A stretch of DNA of 64,000 nucleotides from an uncultured Gemmatimonadaceae bacterium (lineage in GTDB: Bacteria > Latescibacterota > UBA2968 > UBA8231). Each line of letters opens with the position of its first letter. Position 1 is the first letter of the stretch. The notes under the pieces were generated by a model, which was given only the letters and a program-made list of their open reading frames with translations, had not been told where the DNA came from and searched no databases. Shown here piece by piece: positions 42,255 through 50,948 of the stretch. The DNA is taken from positions 2,056 through 66,055 of the forward strand of contig CAZEHQ010000002.1 in the NCBI GenBank assembly GCA_964512165.1, in the 5' to 3' direction. Both the position numbers and the translations under genes were made by a program.

Positions 42255-43211
42255 TCAGGTTCCCTGGCGGCCGTTGAGGCCGTGCGCGCGGAACCAGGCC
42301 ACGGTGCGCTCGAGTCCCTCGCGGGCGGCCACCGCCGGCTCGTAGCCCAGCACCCGTTGCGCCTTCTCGGTGGAGGCCAGGGTCTTGGCCACGTCTCCCG
42401 GCCGCCCCGGCCCATAGCGGATGTCGCCGTCCGCGTCGGTCAGGTCACGGAGCACCTCGATCACCTCGTTCAGCGACCAGCAGGCGCCGCTGGCGACGTT
42501 GAAGGACTCGCCGGACGCCTCCTCGGCGGTGGCGGCGCGCAGGTTGGCGTCGACCACGTTGTCGACGAAAGTCCAGTCCCGGGCGATGGAACCGTCGCCG
42601 TAGACCGTCAGGGGCCGGCCTTCGAGCAGCCCGGTGGTGAAGATAGCCACGAAGGCGGCGTAGTCCGACATTGGATCCATGCGGGGGCCGAAGACGTTGA
42701 AGTAGCGCAGGGAGACGGTCTCGAGACCATGGAGACGGGTGAAGACCTTGCAGTACTTCTCCCCCGCCAGCTTCGAGACCGCGTACGGCGACATCGGTTC
42801 GGTGCCGGCTTCCTCCCGAAGCGGGAAGTCGTCGAGATCGCCGTACACCGAGGAGGACGACGCGTTCACCACCCTCCTCACTCCCGATTCCCGGGCCGCC
42901 TGGAGCACGTTGAGGGTGCCGCCCACGTTGACCTCGTTCGTGGCCAGCGGGTCGTCGACCGACCGGGGAACCGAGCTCAGAGCCGCCTGGTGGAGTATGT
43001 AGTGGGCGCCGTCGAAGGCGCGGCGGAGGTCGTCCAGTCGGCGCAGGTCCCCTTCGATCAGGTCGATGCGGCCGAGGAAAGGCTCCAGGTTCTCGCGCCG
43101 GCCCGTGGAGAAATCGTCGAAGACGCGGACCCGCTCCCCGCCCTCGAGCAGGGCCTCCACGAGATGCGAACCGATGAAGCCGGCGCCTCCGGTGACTACG
43201 TACAGGGCCAT
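42255..43211 (-). CDS. NAD-dependent epimerase/dehydratase (UDP-sugar 4-epimerase type)
   Basis: VTGGAGFIGSHL Rossmann, YxxxK SDR block; start refined to internal ATG 43211. Confidence 0.85.
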   Translation of the reverse strand: MALYVVTGGAGFIGSHLVEALLEGGERVRVFDDFSTGRRENLEPFLGRIDLIEGDLRRLDDLRRAFDGAHYILHQAALSSVPRSVDDPLATNEVNVGGTLNVLQAARESGVRRVVNASSSSVYGDLDDFPLREEAGTEPMSPYAVSKLAGEKYCKVFTRLHGLETVSLRYFNVFGPRMDPMSDYAAFVAIFTTGLLEGRPLTVYGDGSIARDWTFVDNVVDANLRAATAEEASGESFNVASGACWSLNEVIEVLRDLTDADGDIRYGPGRPGDVAKTLASTEKAQRVLGYEPAVAAREGLERTVAWFRAHGLNGRQGT

Positions 43212-43309
43212 GGGTCCATCGTCGTTTCGGGTTTGGCGGAGCCGCTGAAGCGGGCGGGATTCCGAAAAAACAACACGGCCGGCGAAAGGCAAGTCAAGCT
43301 GGATACCGA

Positions 43310-44851
43310 TTGAGGAAGTCCACCCTTTTGCTTATATCGAACAGTATGCGAGCCTGTCGCAACTCGGTGCGGCCCTTGGCCATGGGGGCCCTTCTGGTGT
43401 GCCTGCTCACCGCGCCCGCCCACGGGGTGGAGCCCCCCGGCGCAGTCGCCGCGACTCCGGATACCCTCACCTTGCCGGAGTGCCTGGTCCTGGCCTACCG
43501 GAACAACCTCGATCACAGGATCGACCGGGCGACTCTGACCGCCGGCCAGGAGCGCCTGCGCGCCGCCCGGGCACCCTTCGAGGCCAACGTCAACGCCGAC
43601 CTGACCCTGCCCAGCTACAGCGAGAGGCGGGACGTCATCGACAACGAGGCCCTGCTGGCCCGCATCCGCCAGGAGGACACACGCCTCGACTACGAGGGTA
43701 GGGTCAGCCTGTCCCAGAGGTTCCGGAACATCGGCGAGTTCTCGCTCATCGGTTCCGGGTTCCGCAACGACTTCAGCTCCAATCGGCGGCAGGACTTTCG
43801 GGAATACAGCGCCGACTTGAGCCTCGCCTACGAGCAGGAAATCCTGACCGATCCCGAGGAGGAGCTGCAACTGCGCACGGCCGAGCTGTCCTACGCCGCG
43901 GGGCTATCCACCCTGCAACGGCAACGGGTGCAGCTCGAGTCCCGGGTGGTCAACGTCTACTACGACCTGGTCCAGGGCGTCCGTCAGCTGGAGATCCAGA
44001 AACAGCGGCTGGATCAGTCCCAGGCCGCCCTCGAGCTGGCCAGGCGCAAGTTCGAGATCGGCCTCATCGCCGAGGTCGAGGCGCTGCGGCTCGAGGTCGA
44101 CGAGTTGCGCGCCCAGGCGGAGTACGCCGAGGCGGCGACCCGGATCGAGTCCCGTCGCGACGCCCTCCGGCAGGTGCTGGCCATGGACGTCGAGACCCCG
44201 CTGGCGGTGAGCACCAGGGTCGACTTCACCATCCTGGCCGTCGACGAAGAGACCGCTGTCGCCGTCGCCCTGGTGCGGCGCACCGACATGAAGCAGCAGC
44301 GCCTGCGGCAGCGAATCGCCCAGCTGGACTTGAAGCGAACCGCCCAGAGCATGGGGCCGTCCGCCTCCCTGAGCGCCCGGGTCAATCTGACCGGCCGCGG
44401 ACCCGACCCCTACGACGTGGGGCGGACGCTGGAGCGCAGCCTCATCTCGGCCAACATCCGCGTGGGCCTGCCCCTCGTCGACGGCGGCCGGCGCCGGGGC
44501 GTGGTGCGCCAGGCCGAGATCGACCTGGAACAGAGGGAGCTTACGGGGGAGCAGGTGCGCCAGCAGGTGGTGCTGGAGGTGCGGGAGGCGGTGCGCTCGG
44601 TGCAGGAGGCGGAGCGTCAGATCCGGCTTTTGAACTCAGCCCTGGAGGTAGCGGAGCGGACCTTCGAGGTTGAGCAGAGCCGGTTCGAGCTCGGCCTGGC
44701 CAACAGCCAGGAGCTTCTCGACGCGCAGACCGATCTCACCCAGGCGCGTACCGCGGCGCTCAACGCCGTGGTCTCCTACCAGAGGGCCCTGCAGGATCTG
44801 CGCCTGGCGACGATGGCGGAACCAAAGGAACTGGTGGCCGGGGACGGATAG
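43310..44851 (+). CDS. TolC-like outer-membrane efflux protein (OEP family)
   Basis: Signal peptide (LLVCLLTAPAHG), two OEP repeats with coiled-coil Leu/Gln/Arg heptads; true start probably the ATG at 43346. Confidence 0.7.
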   Translation: MRKSTLLLISNSMRACRNSVRPLAMGALLVCLLTAPAHGVEPPGAVAATPDTLTLPECLVLAYRNNLDHRIDRATLTAGQERLRAARAPFEANVNADLTLPSYSERRDVIDNEALLARIRQEDTRLDYEGRVSLSQRFRNIGEFSLIGSGFRNDFSSNRRQDFREYSADLSLAYEQEILTDPEEELQLRTAELSYAAGLSTLQRQRVQLESRVVNVYYDLVQGVRQLEIQKQRLDQSQAALELARRKFEIGLIAEVEALRLEVDELRAQAEYAEAATRIESRRDALRQVLAMDVETPLAVSTRVDFTILAVDEETAVAVALVRRTDMKQQRLRQRIAQLDLKRTAQSMGPSASLSARVNLTGRGPDPYDVGRTLERSLISANIRVGLPLVDGGRRRGVVRQAEIDLEQRELTGEQVRQQVVLEVREAVRSVQEAERQIRLLNSALEVAERTFEVEQSRFELGLANSQELLDAQTDLTQARTAALNAVVSYQRALQDLRLATMAEPKELVAGDG

Positions 44852-44876
44852 GCCGTCCCCTACCTGAGGCGGACCC

Positions 44877-45365
44877 TCAGTCCTTGTCGTTGTTGTCCAT
44901 CAGGGGGTGGGAAAACTCCTCGCCGTCCTGGAAGATGGCGCGCCGAGGCCTCAGCTTCGTGTAGGTGGGGATGCGGTTCTGCTCCTGCGCCTCCTGGCAG
45001 GCGACACAGAGGCGCGCCGTGGGCAGTGCCTCGAGCCGCAACTTGGGGATGAAGGGGCATCCCTCGCACAGGTTCAGGGGCGTCTCGAGGCAGGCTTCGC
45101 ACTCCCCGTAGGTCCCGGTCTCCAGCTTTTCCAGGGCCAGGGTGATCTCCTCGAGCTCGCGGCGCTCGGTATCGCCAAGGGCGACGAGCAGCTCCATGGC
45201 GCCGGCCTCCACGGCCCGGTCGAGGTCGTCGGCCTTGGGGTCCTGCAGGGTGTCGATCTCCTGCTCGGTGCCGTCGAGGTCGTCCAGGATGTCGGACCGC
45301 CGCGCGAGGAGGTACTTCTTCATCTTCTCGCGGTCCCGCTTGTTCAGTGCTACCCGTTTCGCCAT
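44877..45365 (-). CDS. DksA/TraR family C4 zinc-finger protein (atypical, six Cys)
   Basis: N-terminal coiled coil, CEAC...CEGC...CVAC cysteine pairs. Confidence 0.7.
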   Translation of the reverse strand: MAKRVALNKRDREKMKKYLLARRSDILDDLDGTEQEIDTLQDPKADDLDRAVEAGAMELLVALGDTERRELEEITLALEKLETGTYGECEACLETPLNLCEGCPFIPKLRLEALPTARLCVACQEAQEQNRIPTYTKLRPRRAIFQDGEEFSHPLMDNNDKD

Positions 45366-45382
45366 TTCCCCCGCCTCTCCCC

Positions 45383-46153
45383 CTACCGTGGCCCGTGGGC
45401 CCGGCCGGTATCCATCTCCCTGAGCCTGTCCCGCAGCGACGCGGCCAGCTCGAACTCCTCCTCCTCCACCGCAGCCTCCAGGTCGACCCGCAACTGCTCG
45501 CTTCGCGACCGGGGCCGGTTGTCCTCGACCTCCTTCTCCCAGTCGCGCAGGAAGACCAGCTCGGTGCAGGTCTCCATGGCCTCCGGGCCGCCGCTGATCC
45601 TCAGGATGCCTTCCACCTCGGTGATGCCCGCGCGGATGACGGCAAGGGCCTTGCCGTGGTCCTCCTCCTCCAAGTGCTTCAGGGCCCGCGCCTGGATGCG
45701 GTGGGCGGTGACGAAAACCCGGTACTGGTCACGGATCTGCCGATCCTCCTCGTGCTCGCCGAACTCCCCGCACAAGTCTAGAATGCCCAAGTTGTGCACA
45801 GCGTCCTGCTCGGCCAGCTCGTACTGTTTCAGCTCGAAGAAGCTGATGCGGCGCCAGTAGTACTGCATGGCCTCCTGGCCCAGGGCCCAGCAGTCCTCCC
45901 GCCCCAGCACGAAGGGCTCGGAGCTCCCTGAGGAGCGGTGGCGCCGACGCTCGGCCCGGTAGTGGTCGAGCAGCGACGGCTGGTCGTGCACGATGGCCCC
46001 GTCGGGGCGCCCCGACCACTCCAGTTGCATGATGCCCAGATCCATGCGGATCTGGATCAGGTCGCGCCCGTCCTCGGAGGTGATCTTGCGGACGCGCAAC
46101 TCCCCGGGCTCGTAGGTCCAGGCCTTGAGGATGCGGCTGATGTCGTCGGTCAT
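45383..46153 (-). CDS. hypothetical protein with C-terminal UVR (UvrB/UvrC) motif
   Basis: EEEEFELAASLRDRLREM matches UVR motif; rest unassigned. Confidence 0.45.
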   Translation of the reverse strand: MTDDISRILKAWTYEPGELRVRKITSEDGRDLIQIRMDLGIMQLEWSGRPDGAIVHDQPSLLDHYRAERRRHRSSGSSEPFVLGREDCWALGQEAMQYYWRRISFFELKQYELAEQDAVHNLGILDLCGEFGEHEEDRQIRDQYRVFVTAHRIQARALKHLEEEDHGKALAVIRAGITEVEGILRISGGPEAMETCTELVFLRDWEKEVEDNRPRSRSEQLRVDLEAAVEEEEFELAASLRDRLREMDTGRAHGPR

Positions 46154-46220
46154 GAAGGTCGGGAGGGGCGGCTCGGCTCGGCGGTGGCGAAGGGGGGAGC
46201 CGCCGGAAAAAGACGCGCTA

Positions 46221-46249
46221 TTATAGCCGGCACCCCGGCCGAAGTCAAC
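46221..46249 (-). promoter_or_regulatory. near-consensus sigma-70 promoter for the UVR-domain gene (TTGACT-17-TATAAT), embedded in 3' end of upstream HEAT gene
   Basis: Minus-strand read: ccggTTGACTtcggccggggtgccggcTATAATagcgcg; about 60-nt leader to ATG at 46153. Coordinates carry a possible 1-nt uncertainty. Confidence 0.5.
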
Positions 46250-47108
46250 CGGCCTCGCCCGGGGCGGAGTCCTGCCCCTGGCGGATCTGCTCGACGATCT
46301 CGACCAGCTCGTTGCGCAGGGTGACAGTGGTCTCGCGCTGCGCCATGTGCCGCTCGATGACGGGGAGAGCGGGGTCGCCGACGCGAACCAGGGACTGGTG
46401 GGCCAGATCCCTCTCCTTGGGCGTCGTGTCCTCGGCCTTCATCCCGGGAGTGCCGCTGCCGGGACCGAAGAAGCCGCCGACGGGACCCTGCTGGCCGGGG
46501 AGGAGACCCGGGCCCTGGCCGGTGAGGCCGAAGGGGCGGCGCAGGGAGTCCTGCAGGGCGCGGAGGCCCTGATCGTCGCCGGTGAACACGCCCCTCAGGC
46601 TGCGGCTCTCCTGCATGAGCATGGCGCGATCATAGTAGGACAGGGCGTTGAGCAGGATCTCCGCCGCCTCGGTCCCGCCGATCTGCCCGAGCACCTGCAT
46701 GGCCACCATGCGCAACTCCTCGCCGGAACTGCTGAGGCTGCGGTCGAGGAGGCGGCCGATCTCGGCGACGGCCGAACTGTCGCCGATGCTGCCGAGGGCG
46801 ATCATCGCCTCCTGCTGCAGAGTGGTGCGCTGGGACAGCTCGCGCAGGATGTTGATCAGAGTGGGCACGGCGCGAGGATCGCCGATCTCGCCGAGGACCT
46901 TGACCGCGCTCTTGCGGGTGGCATACGGATAGTCCGGGCGGCCGGCCACCTCGAGGATCTTGTCGTACTGGCTTTCGTCTCCCGCTTCGTAGCGGCTCTT
47001 CATCTGGGAGACGCTGGTGCAGGCCGTCCACAGGAGGCCGATGGACAGCAGGCCGATGGCGGCGAGGGCCGTCAGCGGCCGGAGCGCCTTGCCACTGCCC
47101 CGTCTCAA
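46245..47108 (-). CDS. HEAT/PBS-lyase repeat lipoprotein
   Basis: Lipobox-like N-terminus (LLWTAC), repeated A..LG.IGD..A...L units. Confidence 0.6.
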   Translation of the reverse strand: MRRGSGKALRPLTALAAIGLLSIGLLWTACTSVSQMKSRYEAGDESQYDKILEVAGRPDYPYATRKSAVKVLGEIGDPRAVPTLINILRELSQRTTLQQEAMIALGSIGDSSAVAEIGRLLDRSLSSSGEELRMVAMQVLGQIGGTEAAEILLNALSYYDRAMLMQESRSLRGVFTGDDQGLRALQDSLRRPFGLTGQGPGLLPGQQGPVGGFFGPGSGTPGMKAEDTTPKERDLAHQSLVRVGDPALPVIERHMAQRETTVTLRNELVEIVEQIRQGQDSAPGEAG

Positions 47109-47134
47109 AGGGATATTCCCCGGCGGTACAAGGG

Positions 47135-47929
47135 ATGGCTCAAATTCAGACCCACAATCGCCAAGTCGTTGAAGGCGTGAAAGATATGCTCGCCGTATCG
47201 AGCGGCAAGGGCGGAGTGGGCAAGTCCACCGTGAGCGCCAACCTGGCGGTGGCCATGGCCGCCGAGGGCCGCCGCGTCGGGCTGATGGACACCGACATCT
47301 ATGGGCCGAACATACCCGGCATGCTCGGCGTATCCGGCCGCGCCGAGGCCGTTCCCGGCACCCAGCGCATACGGCCGGCCGAGGCCGCCGGCGTGCGCGT
47401 CATCTCCATGGGACTGCTTGTCGACGACGGGGTTCCGGTCATCTGGCGGGGGCCCATGCTGGCCAAGATGGTCACCCAGTTCCTGTTCTGGGTGGAGTGG
47501 GGGGAGCTCGACGTCCTTCTGCTCGACCTGCCTCCCGGCACCGGGGACGTGCAGCTGACCCTGACGCAGACCGCGCCTCTCACCGGCGCCGTCATCGTCA
47601 CTACGCCGTCGACCCTGGCCTTGGAGGACGTGGCCCGGGGGGTCCAGATGTTCCGCCAGACCGATGTCCCCATCCTCGGTCTGCTCGAGAACATGTCCAC
47701 CTTCGAGTGCCCTTCCTGCGGCGGCGACAGCCATCCCTACGGGCACGGGGGCGGGGCGGCTGCCGCAGCCGGACGGGGCATCCCCTTCCTCGGGGAGATC
47801 CCCCTCGATCCGCGTCTGCGGGACGATGCGGACGAGGGCGCGCCCACCGTCCTCTCCCATCCAGAGGCTGCTGCGGCTGTCGCCCTTCGAGAAGTCGCCC
47901 GCGAGCTGATCGACAGGCTGGAATCCTAG
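47135..47929 (+). CDS. apbC: Mrp/NBP35 family Fe-S cluster carrier ATPase
   Basis: Deviant Walker A SGKGGVGKST, CxxC pair (CPSCGG). Confidence 0.85.
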   Translation: MAQIQTHNRQVVEGVKDMLAVSSGKGGVGKSTVSANLAVAMAAEGRRVGLMDTDIYGPNIPGMLGVSGRAEAVPGTQRIRPAEAAGVRVISMGLLVDDGVPVIWRGPMLAKMVTQFLFWVEWGELDVLLLDLPPGTGDVQLTLTQTAPLTGAVIVTTPSTLALEDVARGVQMFRQTDVPILGLLENMSTFECPSCGGDSHPYGHGGGAAAAAGRGIPFLGEIPLDPRLRDDADEGAPTVLSHPEAAAAVALREVARELIDRLES

Positions 47930-47941
47930 CCGCGCGCACCC

Positions 47942-50221
47942 CTACCGCGAGGTGAAGGTCACCTGCCGCCGGGTCTCGTTGGCGGCCCGGTCGCGCACCG
48001 TGATCACGAGCGTGTGGGGTCCCGCCGCGAGGGGGGCGTCGGGTACCGCCGTCACCCGGGCCGCCTCGGGATCGTACTCCGAGATGAGGCGCTTCCCGTC
48101 GAGCTCGAGGACCAGATCCTTCTCGCGGCCGATGCCGGAGCCCTGGTCGAGGACCCGCGCCGAGAACCGGGGCGTCGTCACGGTGGAGCCCTGTGTCGGC
48201 TGCACGCCGCTCACCTCCGGCGGCGTCTCGTCGATCATCACGGCGAAGTGCCCTAGCGCGCGAACCTTCGCCGTCACGTAGCGTCCTCCCTCCTGCCGAT
48301 CGTTGCCCCTGAATCCCCAGCGCCCCCGGCCGGTGCCGGAGTAGACACCGGCCTTCTCGAGCGGAACGCCCGCCGGAACCCGCAACCACAGTCGAACGGG
48401 CTCGTCGAAGGCGGCGTCGGCGGGACCGAGCCGGCAGCCGAGAGCGGTGGCGCGCAGGCCCTTGGACGCTTTCGGGGTGAACCGCCGGGCCTGGGGAGCG
48501 AGGGGCTGGTAGGCGGAGCCCGCCGAGGCCTGGAGCCGCACCTGGTCTCCCAGGTAGCTCAGGGTCGCCCGCGCCCCGGGGCGCAGACGCTGGCCGGACA
48601 GGGCCAGGTCCTGCCGTGACTGGTTGCCGCCGGCGCCGCTGGCGGTGACGCTCACCAGGACGGGGTGCACTTCCGGCCTCGGCAGGGGGACGACCGCCCG
48701 ATAGGTCCACCCGCCGACCTGCCGCACGGGCACCGGCGCCGGTGAACCCGCGATCTGGACGAGGGGCAGGCCGGAGAGAGGACCGCCGGATTCGATGTCG
48801 ACCAAGGCGTGCTCGGCCCTCGCCTCGGCCGTGACTTGCAGGGCCGTGGGCCGTGGGGAGGCGGTTTCGCCCGCAGAGGCCAGGACCACGGACTCCGAAG
48901 GGGCATCGCCGGCCCGCAGCGACAGCCGCCAGAACGGCGACCGGTCGGGCAGCTCCCAGGTGAAGGGGCCGTCTCCGGCCGGTACCTCTCCGACGAGGGC
49001 CTCGTTCCAGTCCTCGCCGTCGGGCGAGCTCGACAGGGTGACGGCGAGCCGGCCGCCGCCGTCCAGGGCCAGGTCGGCGTCCAGGAAGCCTCCCTCCGAC
49101 GACTCCGTCAGCCGCGCCCAGCGAACCCTCGGCGGAGGGGCGCAGTGCAGGCTCAAGGCCGCGCGGCTCTCGTTGCCGGCGGCGTCGCTCGCGCGCACCT
49201 CGATCCGATGTGTCCCGGCCTCCAGGCCTCCAGGGCCGCAGGTGACGGTGCCGTCGCGGCCACCGTCGGTCTCGTAGAAGGAGAGCCGGTTGCCGGGCCG
49301 GCGGTAGAGCAGACTGTAGACGCCGCCCTCGAGGCGCAGGCGGTCGAGGGCCATCTGGTGCCGGTCGGCGTAGGTGAAGCGGCGGTAGCGTGAGCGCAGG
49401 AGCCGCTGGCCGTCCACGTACAGCTCGTGGACCAGAACGGCGAGCTTGTTGGGCGCCTCGTCGGCCTGGTCGTGGGAGTTCACCCCGATCCCCACACGCC
49501 CCCAGGCCGACACTTCCCGCGCGGCGACGAAGCGGCCTCTGCCGGAGGCGCTCAGGGGAACCTGCCGGCGGAGGTGGCCGCCGTCCACCGTGGACCCGGG
49601 CCCGATGGGCAGGAGCATCAGGCCTCGGAGCACCGGCGGCGTCGTGTCGGTCACGGGCCCGATACCATGGAGCAGGGGGTTCACCGGTGCGTTGGCGGCG
49701 TCGCGGATCTCCAGGTGCAGGTGCGGCGGGCCCGCCCCGCTCTGGCCGGTCCAGGCGATCCCCTGGCCCCGGCGAATCCGCATGTCCCCCTTCTCGAGCC
49801 AGAGATCGACGGTGTACTGCCGGGTGCGTTGCTGCTCGGCACGGACCCGCTCGGCCGCCGGCGCGAAGAACCTCTCCAGGTGGGCGTAGACGACGAGGCG
49901 CCCGTCGTCCAGCCGCTGGTAGAGGGCGAGGCCGTATCCCCATGGGCTGGTGCGCAGCCGCTCCACCCATCCGTCGGCCACGGCGTGCACCTGGAACCCG
50001 GTCTTGCCCCAGGTCTTGAGGTCCACCCCCGCGTGGAAGGAGGAGCTGCGGGTCTCGCCGAAGGTGGAGGAGAGGGCCGCCGGCTTCAGGTCGAGGGGCC
50101 AGCGCAGCGGCGCGGGCTGCGCCGACGTGGAGGAGGCGCAGATCAGCGAAAGGAGGAGGAGCGTCCGGCGGGTTCGGCGGAGTCGTGGGATGGTGCCGCG
50201 CCCGCGCCGGTCAGGCGCCAT
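47942..50221 (-). CDS. secreted M23 (LytM) family metallopeptidase with long C-terminal Ig-like/beta-rich extension
   Basis: Signal peptide; HAGVDL...H..A.DG M23 zinc motif; 759 aa. Confidence 0.65.
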   Translation of the reverse strand: MAPDRRGRGTIPRLRRTRRTLLLLSLICASSTSAQPAPLRWPLDLKPAALSSTFGETRSSSFHAGVDLKTWGKTGFQVHAVADGWVERLRTSPWGYGLALYQRLDDGRLVVYAHLERFFAPAAERVRAEQQRTRQYTVDLWLEKGDMRIRRGQGIAWTGQSGAGPPHLHLEIRDAANAPVNPLLHGIGPVTDTTPPVLRGLMLLPIGPGSTVDGGHLRRQVPLSASGRGRFVAAREVSAWGRVGIGVNSHDQADEAPNKLAVLVHELYVDGQRLLRSRYRRFTYADRHQMALDRLRLEGGVYSLLYRRPGNRLSFYETDGGRDGTVTCGPGGLEAGTHRIEVRASDAAGNESRAALSLHCAPPPRVRWARLTESSEGGFLDADLALDGGGRLAVTLSSSPDGEDWNEALVGEVPAGDGPFTWELPDRSPFWRLSLRAGDAPSESVVLASAGETASPRPTALQVTAEARAEHALVDIESGGPLSGLPLVQIAGSPAPVPVRQVGGWTYRAVVPLPRPEVHPVLVSVTASGAGGNQSRQDLALSGQRLRPGARATLSYLGDQVRLQASAGSAYQPLAPQARRFTPKASKGLRATALGCRLGPADAAFDEPVRLWLRVPAGVPLEKAGVYSGTGRGRWGFRGNDRQEGGRYVTAKVRALGHFAVMIDETPPEVSGVQPTQGSTVTTPRFSARVLDQGSGIGREKDLVLELDGKRLISEYDPEAARVTAVPDAPLAAGPHTLVITVRDRAANETRRQVTFTSR

Positions 50222-50882
50222 TCGGATAGACCTTCAACTCGATCCGCCCGCCGGAGACCGCGACGTAGTGGTGGGGCTCTTCGGTCCAGGCCCCGGTGTT
50301 CAGATAGCGCCGCCCGTCGTGCTCCAGCTCCATCGGAGCGTGGGTATGTCCGCAGGTGATCGCCCGCAGCCCCTGGGCCCGGGCGGTGTCCAGGGCGCGG
50401 TGGGCGACGTGCTCGTTGAGCACCCGGTACAGGAGACGCCAGCTCTTGGCGTAGTGGGCTACGTGAACATCCTCCAGCCCGAGGCGGACTCGCAACCGGT
50501 GGAAGCGCCTGAAGGCCGCGATGAACCAGGGATGGCGCGGCATCACTCCGTCGAGCTTGTCGCCGTGCACGACCAGAAGCCGCCCGTCCACCGTAAGCCG
50601 GTGCACGAACTCGATCCCGCCGGGCTCCTGGAGGCCGAAGCCTTCGTCGTGGTTCCCGTAGACGAAGACCACGGGGCGCCGGGAGGACTCCTCCACCAGG
50701 CGGTGCAGCACCTGCTCGTGCTCGGGCGGCAGCGGATCGGCGGGGTCGTCGATGGTGTCGCCATTGAGGACCAGCCGCACCCCCTCCGGCAGCTCCCTGA
50801 GAAAGCGCAGAAAGCTCTCGTGGCGGAAGTAGGCGCTGCCCAGGTGGAGGTCGCTGACGATGTAGGTATCGCCGGCTGCCAA
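50211..50882 (-). CDS. LpxH-like calcineurin-type metallophosphoesterase (UDP-2,3-diacylglucosamine pyrophosphatase-like)
   Basis: DLHLG, GDTID, GNHD, HGD, GHTH metallophosphoesterase motifs colinear with LpxH. Confidence 0.6.
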   Translation of the reverse strand: MAAGDTYIVSDLHLGSAYFRHESFLRFLRELPEGVRLVLNGDTIDDPADPLPPEHEQVLHRLVEESSRRPVVFVYGNHDEGFGLQEPGGIEFVHRLTVDGRLLVVHGDKLDGVMPRHPWFIAAFRRFHRLRVRLGLEDVHVAHYAKSWRLLYRVLNEHVAHRALDTARAQGLRAITCGHTHAPMELEHDGRRYLNTGAWTEEPHHYVAVSGGRIELKVYPNGA

Positions 50883-50948
50883 CGGGGTCCTTGCTGATTC
50901 TGGGAGAGGGTGGTAATTAACATCCCGCGCTTGGGGTGCGCGTCATCG

